From positions 1 to 22,843 of the forward strand of contig JANOTL010000191.1 of NCBI GenBank assembly GCA_031416315.1: a stretch of DNA of 22,843 nt, in the 5' to 3' direction. How positions within the stretch are numbered: position 1 is the first letter of the stretch; each line of letters begins with the position of its first letter. A program made the translations under genes and the position numbers. This DNA is from Pseudomonadota bacterium. GTDB lineage: Bacteria > Bdellovibrionota_B > Oligoflexia > Oligoflexales > CAIYRB01. Under the pieces are notes generated by a model, which had not been told where the DNA came from, searched no databases, and was given only the letters and a program-made list of their open reading frames with translations. This document shows positions 17,970 through 22,843 of the stretch, piece after piece.

Positions 17970-19934
17970 TTAGTTGAACGCGTGCTTTTGGATCTTCTCG
18001 ACGATTTGATCCGCGCTGAATCCGTATTCTTTCGCCAGAACTTCCGCCGGCGCCGAGGCGCCGTAGTGGTCCAGGCCGATCTTCAGGCCGAAGGTGCCGG
18101 AGTAACGATCCCAGCCGAGCGTCGTGCCGGCTTCCATCGTCACCCGCTTCACCACCTTCCGCGGCAAGAGGGCTTCCTTGTAGGCCGCCGGCTGCTCCTC
18201 GTAGAGCTCCCAGCAAGGCATCGAGACGACACGGATCTTTTGGCCCTTGAGCTGAGCCGCGACTTCCAGCGCCAGCGAGACCTCGCTTCCAGTCGCGATC
18301 AGGAGCAGGTCCGGCGTGCCGTCGCAGTCTTGAACCGCGTAGGCGCCTTTCGCCGCGAGCACCTTGTCGCGGGGAAGGCCGAGGACCGGCACCTTTTGGC
18401 GCGTGAGGCAGATGGCGCTCGGCAGATCGAGCTCGATCGCCTTGCGCATCAAGACCTCCGTCTCCTGCGCGTCGGCGGGGCGCATGACGTAGAAGTCGGG
18501 GATGACGCGCAGCGCCATGACCTGCTCGACCGGCTGGTGGGTCGGTCCGTCCTCGCCGAGATGGAAGGAGTCGTGGGTGAACTCGTGGATCACCCGCACC
18601 CTTTGGATCGCGCCAAGGCGCAGAGCCGGGCGCGAGTAGTCGGCGAACGACAGGAAGGTCGCGTCGAACGGCACGAAGCCGCCGTGCAGAGCGATGCCGT
18701 TGCACAAGGCCGACATCGGGAACTCGCGCACGCCGAAGTTCAAGTTCCGGCCCTTGCGGTTCTCCGCGTCGAAGTCGCCGACCGCCTTGGCGAAGGCGCC
18801 GGTCATGTTGGAGGGCTCGAGGTCGGCCGAGCCGCCGAAGAGGCGCGGGAGCTCGGGAGCCCACTGCTTGATGATGTCGCCGAAGGCGTTGCGCGTGGCC
18901 ACGGCCTTGTCGGTCCATTTCACTTCGGAGAGCTTCGACACGTCGAGATCCGCGAAGTGGCCGTCGTAGGCCTTCTTGAAGTTGGCGTCTGCGAGCTTCG
19001 TCTCGAGCTTGGTGCGCCAAGCCTTCGAGGCGGTCGCGAGCGCCGGGAAGTTCCTGCGGAAGTGCGTCAGGACGTCGGCAGGGCAGTGGAAGTCCTCGTT
19101 CTCGGGGAGCCCCATCTTCGCCTTGGTCTTGGTGCGCTCGTCGGCCGGAAGCGGCGAGCCGTGCGTCTTCGAGCTGTCTTCGAGCGTCGCGCAACCCTTG
19201 CCGATGACGGTGCGCGCGATGACGATCGTCGGCTTGCCGACGTCCTTCGCCGCTTCCGTGTACGCCTTGCGTAGCTCGGCGTGATCGTGACCGTCGACCT
19301 TGATCACCCGCCAGCCGAAACCTTGGAAAACCAGGGCGTCGTCGTCGGAGACCACCTTCTTCGTCGGGCCTGAGAGCTGCACGAAATTCTTGTCGTAGAT
19401 CCAGACCAAGTTGCCCAGGCCGAGGTGGCCGGCCAGGGAGGCGGAGCCGAGCGCCACGCCTTCCTGGAGGTCGCCGTCGGAGACGATGACCCAGGTTTTA
19501 TAGCCGAAGAGGTCGGGATCGAGCGTCGCCGTGAGGTGCTTCGCCGCCGTCGCAAAGCCGACCGACATCGCCGCGCCCTGGCCGAGCGGACCGGTGGTGC
19601 ACTCGACGCCCGGCGTCATGAAGTTCTCGGGATGACCCGGCGTGCGCGAGTGCAGCTGACGGAACGCCTTGAGATCGTCCATCGTCAGCCAGCCGATGCC
19701 GTAGAGCATCGCGTACTGCAGCATCGACATGTGGCCGGCGCTGAGGATGAAGCGGTCTCTGCCTTGCCACTCCGGATCCTCGGGATCGAAGCGGAGGAAC
19801 TCGCTGAAGAGCACGTACGTCAAGTCCATGCTCGACATCGGGCCGCCCGGGTGGCCGCTGTTGGCCTTGTGGACAGAGTCGATGACGAGGCCTTTGAAGA
19901 CGTTGACGAGACGTTGATCGGCGGAAGGATGCAT
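17970..19934 (-). CDS. tkt: Transketolase
   Basis: 'ANSGHPG', 'RDRFILSAGH', 'TPGHPE', 'TTGPLGQG', 'SDGDLQEG', 'FGVREF', 'THDS..LGEDGPTHQPVE'. Start is ATG 19934 or TTG 19943. Confidence 0.97.
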   Translation of the reverse strand: MHPSADQRLVNVFKGLVIDSVHKANSGHPGGPMSSMDLTYVLFSEFLRFDPEDPEWQGRDRFILSAGHMSMLQYAMLYGIGWLTMDDLKAFRQLHSRTPGHPENFMTPGVECTTGPLGQGAAMSVGFATAAKHLTATLDPDLFGYKTWVIVSDGDLQEGVALGSASLAGHLGLGNLVWIYDKNFVQLSGPTKKVVSDDDALVFQGFGWRVIKVDGHDHAELRKAYTEAAKDVGKPTIVIARTVIGKGCATLEDSSKTHGSPLPADERTKTKAKMGLPENEDFHCPADVLTHFRRNFPALATASKAWRTKLETKLADANFKKAYDGHFADLDVSKLSEVKWTDKAVATRNAFGDIIKQWAPELPRLFGGSADLEPSNMTGAFAKAVGDFDAENRKGRNLNFGVREFPMSALCNGIALHGGFVPFDATFLSFADYSRPALRLGAIQRVRVIHEFTHDSFHLGEDGPTHQPVEQVMALRVIPDFYVMRPADAQETEVLMRKAIELDLPSAICLTRQKVPVLGLPRDKVLAAKGAYAVQDCDGTPDLLLIATGSEVSLALEVAAQLKGQKIRVVSMPCWELYEEQPAAYKEALLPRKVVKRVTMEAGTTLGWDRYSGTFGLKIGLDHYGASAPAEVLAKEYGFSADQIVEKIQKHAFN

Positions 19935-20096
19935 GGACGACAAACCTCTCGGGTATCAAGGGGTTGCGCGCGCGAAAGGGGTCTTGGCACGGGTGCGGTC
20001 GGCGGGATTCTAGGGGCAAAGCTCCGCCACCGGCCAGTGAAATCGGCCGGTGATGTGCAGAAGTTCCGCGCGCCTAGAGACCCGGGGGGCCAAAGC

Positions 20097-21191
20097 CTAG
20101 AAGAGGTCGCGCTCCACCGGTAGATCGGCCGCCTGCGGCAGCTCACTCAGCGCGACGCTCACGTACGAGACGCCTTTGCCGCGGCGATAGATCTTGAGCC
20201 GGACGCGATCGGTCGGCTCCTTCGAGTTCATGAGGCGCTGCAGGTGATTGAGGTCCGTCACCTTCTCGACGTCGAGGCCCATGATCAGATCGCCGATCTT
20301 CAGGCCGGATTTGTGGCCTGGGCCCTCGACGATCAGGTTCGACACGATGACGCCGTAGACGCCGCCGCCGGCGTCGGCCGACTCGACCTCGTCGCTGGAG
20401 AGAATGTTTTTGCCGACGATGCCGAGATAGGGGCGCTTCACTTTGCCGAACTTCGCCAGGTCGCGGACGATGGTCTTCACCATGTTCACTGGGATGGCGA
20501 AGCCGATGCCTGAGCCCTCGGCCGCGACCGCGGTGTTGATGCCGATGAGGCGTCCGCGCGTGTCGAGGAGCGGTCCGCCCGAGTTTCCAGGGTGGATCGA
20601 GGCGTCGGTTTGCAGGAAATCGTCGTAGGGACCGGTGCCGATCACGCGGCCTTTCGCCGAGATGATTCCCGTCGTGACGGTGTGCGCGTAGCCGAAGGGG
20701 TTGCCGATGGCGATGACGACGTCGCCGACGCGCAGGCTGTCGGAGTCGCCCAGATCGAGCGGCGTGATCGGCCCAGCGTCCTTCACGGAAAGGAGCGCGA
20801 TGTCGGTCTTCAGGTCGGTGCCGACGATCTTCGCGCGCACCTTCTTCTTGCTCTTGGCGAAGAGCACCTCGATCACGCTCGCGCCGGAGATCACGTGGTA
20901 GTTCGTGACGATGGTGCCGTTCTTGTCGATGATGACGCCGGAGCCGACGGCGTGCGTCGAGCTCGACTTCGGCACGACCATGCCCTTCAGGAAGAACTGG
21001 TACAGGTCGAGCGCGGGGTTCTTGCCTGCGCCTAACTCCGAGCTGTAGCTCGTCGTGCGGATGTTGACGACGCCCGGGATCGCGCGCTCGGCGACGTCGG
21101 CGAACGAGACGAGGACGCGCGCTCCGGCGGGCGGAGCGAAGAGCGCGGTGATCGCGGCCGCGAAGGCGGCGCACACAGTCGATTGACGCAT
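20097..21191 (-). CDS. HtrA/DegP-family trypsin-like serine protease with one PDZ domain
   Basis: Signal peptide; triad motifs 'TNYHV', 'TDIALL', 'PGNSGGPL'; 'RPYLGI' PDZ start. Start taken at ATG 21191. Confidence 0.95.
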   Translation of the reverse strand: MRQSTVCAAFAAAITALFAPPAGARVLVSFADVAERAIPGVVNIRTTSYSSELGAGKNPALDLYQFFLKGMVVPKSSSTHAVGSGVIIDKNGTIVTNYHVISGASVIEVLFAKSKKKVRAKIVGTDLKTDIALLSVKDAGPITPLDLGDSDSLRVGDVVIAIGNPFGYAHTVTTGIISAKGRVIGTGPYDDFLQTDASIHPGNSGGPLLDTRGRLIGINTAVAAEGSGIGFAIPVNMVKTIVRDLAKFGKVKRPYLGIVGKNILSSDEVESADAGGGVYGVIVSNLIVEGPGHKSGLKIGDLIMGLDVEKVTDLNHLQRLMNSKEPTDRVRLKIYRRGKGVSYVSVALSELPQAADLPVERDLF

Positions 21192-21283
21192 GAGGAGGTG
21201 GATCCCGGGAGGGGAGGGACGGCAGTGGGGAAATTCTCTTACGATTCTACTCCATATGCGGGCTTTGCGGCGCTCCTCGGGCC

Positions 21284-21312
21284 TCGACAAGGTCCACGAT
21301 TTTGGCCATAAT
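21284..21312 (+). promoter_or_regulatory. Candidate sigma70 promoter for the PBP gene
   Basis: TCGACA-N17-CATAAT, 66 nt upstream of ATG 21379. Confidence 0.55.
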
Positions 21313-21378
21313 TTCCGGATCGTGCTGCGTTTTTCCGGCCCCTTGGCGATTTGGGGGCGGGACCTGGAAAGGGACGGA

Positions 21379-22843
21379 ATGGGTCTCAGCGTCAAAGGTT
21401 TTGCCAAAACGGCCGGCTGGTCGGCCGCGATCGGGCTCGTCGCCGCGCTCTCCGGCGTCCTCGGCGTCCTCGCCGTGATCTATGGCCTTGTCTACTTCGG
21501 CGACGACTCGGGACTGCGCAAGTCGGCGATCGTGGCGCGGATCAACGAAGAGACGAACATCTACATGCTCGACGAGCAGACGCAGATCGGCTCGATCTTC
21601 GCGAACGCGCACCGTCGCTACGTGCCGATCGACGAGGTGCCCGCGCACATGATCAACGCGCTCGTCGCCGCCGAAGACAAGAACTTCTACGACCACGTCG
21701 GCGTCGACCCCGTCGCCATGTTCAAAGCCGGCGTCCAGTACTTGAAGGGCGGCCGCATGCGGGGCGCGTCGACCCTGACGCAGCAGACCGTCCGCAACAT
21801 CCTCGGCTGGTGGGAGCCGACTGTGTCGCGGAAGTTCCGCGAATGGATCGCGGCGATGCAGCTCGAGCGCCTCTACTCCAAGCGCGAGATCCTCGAGTTC
21901 TACCTGAACCAGTTCTACGTCTCGGGCAACGGCAACGGGATCGGCATCGCCGCGAAGTACTACTTCAACAAAGAGGTGAAGGACCTAGACCTCGTCGAGT
22001 CGGCTTTCATCGCCGGCTCGGTGAAAGGTCCCTCGGCTTACGACCCGTTCATCAAGTTCACCAAGGAGCGCCGCGAGAAGGCGATCAAGAACGCCTACCA
22101 CCGCAAGAACTACGTCATCAAGCGCATGTACGAGCAGGGCTGGGTCTCCGAGACGCAGTTCAAAGAAGCTTGGGACGCGCCGGTGAAGTTCAACCGCGGC
22201 CGTTTCCGCTCGGAGGAGGTCGCCCTCGTCCAGCTCGTCCAGGACCAGCTGGCGCAAAAGGAAGTCCTGAAAGCGCTGAACATCGAGGACCCGCGAGAGC
22301 TCGCGGCCGCGGGCCTCAAGATCTATACGACCCTCGACAAGGACATGCAGACCTCGGCCCAGCTCGCCGTGCGCAGGAACCTCGCGCGCCTCGAGACCAT
22401 CCTGAAAGGCTACAAATCCGAGCCTCAGGAGATGTTCACCAAGCTCCGGAGCCTCACGGTCAACGACTTCTACTTTGGTCAAGTCACCGGCTTCGGCGGT
22501 ACCGAGAAAGAGCCGACCGTGAAGCTCTCGTTCGGCTTGCCGCAGGGCGAGATCCCGTACGAATCGCTCATGCGCTATGCCAAGATCATGGACTTACCTT
22601 GGTACAAGGGCTGGCAGAAGCAGCTCGACACCATGATGAAGGACGTCAAGGTCGGCGACGTGCTCTACGTCGAAGTGAAGGAATACGACGTCGAGACGCA
22701 CGAGGCCGTAGCCGAGATGATGAAGAGGCCCCGCGTCAACGGCGGACTCATCGCCATCGACAAGGGCGAGGTGCGCGCCGTGGTCTCGGGCTTCGACACC
22801 CACGGCTTCAACCGCTCGGTCTCGGCCAAGCGCCAGCCGGGCT
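21379..22843 (+). CDS. Class A penicillin-binding protein (PBP1A family), truncated by window end
   Basis: Manual translation from ATG 21379 (AAGGGA RBS): TM anchor, GT51 motifs 'EDKNFYDHVG', 'GASTLTQQ', 'RKFRE', 'KREILEFYLN'. Runs off the window at 'FNRSVSAKRQPG', just before the expected transpeptidase SxxK. Confidence 0.95.
   Translation, partial: MGLSVKGFAKTAGWSAAIGLVAALSGVLGVLAVIYGLVYFGDDSGLRKSAIVARINEETNIYMLDEQTQIGSIFANAHRRYVPIDEVPAHMINALVAAEDKNFYDHVGVDPVAMFKAGVQYLKGGRMRGASTLTQQTVRNILGWWEPTVSRKFREWIAAMQLERLYSKREILEFYLNQFYVSGNGNGIGIAAKYYFNKEVKDLDLVESAFIAGSVKGPSAYDPFIKFTKERREKAIKNAYHRKNYVIKRMYEQGWVSETQFKEAWDAPVKFNRGRFRSEEVALVQLVQDQLAQKEVLKALNIEDPRELAAAGLKIYTTLDKDMQTSAQLAVRRNLARLETILKGYKSEPQEMFTKLRSLTVNDFYFGQVTGFGGTEKEPTVKLSFGLPQGEIPYESLMRYAKIMDLPWYKGWQKQLDTMMKDVKVGDVLYVEVKEYDVETHEAVAEMMKRPRVNGGLIAIDKGEVRAVVSGFDTHGFNRSVSAKRQPG

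Noticed and set aside
17929..19194. Apparent 422-aa N-terminal extension giving a 1219-aa FadN 'fusion'
   Set aside because: It is an alternative frame overlapping tkt, with Arg/Gly-rich shadow composition. A good RBS and Rossmann motif define the real start at 17928.
20014..20096. GGCAAA...GAAA hairpin resembling a c-di-GMP-I riboswitch; stem CACCGGCC/GGCCGGTG (20028-20052)
   Set aside because: The resemblance is on the plus strand, where no gene lies downstream, and core motif spacing does not fit. The stem lacks a U-tract, so it is not called a terminator either.
21192..21407. 72-aa N-terminal extension of HtrA in the ORF track
   Set aside because: It overlaps the PBP start and promoter. 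The signal peptide begins at Met73 (21191).

Overview
High-GC Gram-negative bacterial chromosomal window. The gene style suggests a Bdellovibrionota/Myxococcota-like deltaproteobacterium, which is inference only. Left part: a TetA/DHA1-type MFS exporter transcribed divergently from a TetR-TolC-MFP-RND efflux operon, with a palindromic candidate operator. Middle part, minus strand: a divergent RadC, an AT-rich control region, an unusual lipoprotein di-haem bCcP/MauG-family enzyme, a 2Fe-2S ferredoxin, a SanA/DUF218 protein and a beta-barrel outer-membrane protein with a structured 5' leader. Two Cys-containing hypothetical envelope proteins follow. Right part: housekeeping genes (HtrA protease, tkt, fadN, fadA) and a window-truncated class A PBP missing from the ORF track. 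No RNA genes, mobile elements or CRISPR arrays were seen. The most interesting object is the di-haem enzyme (9423-11408). It has Tyr rather than Met at the distal-ligand position of haem 2, as in the protein-modifying enzymes MauG and MbnH, and no partner substrate gene lies nearby. It is fused through a strict (Pro-X)36 Tyr-studded linker to a leader-like, Trp/Tyr-rich N-terminal module. This makes it a candidate self-modifying or tyrosine-cross-linking envelope system, which remains a hypothesis.
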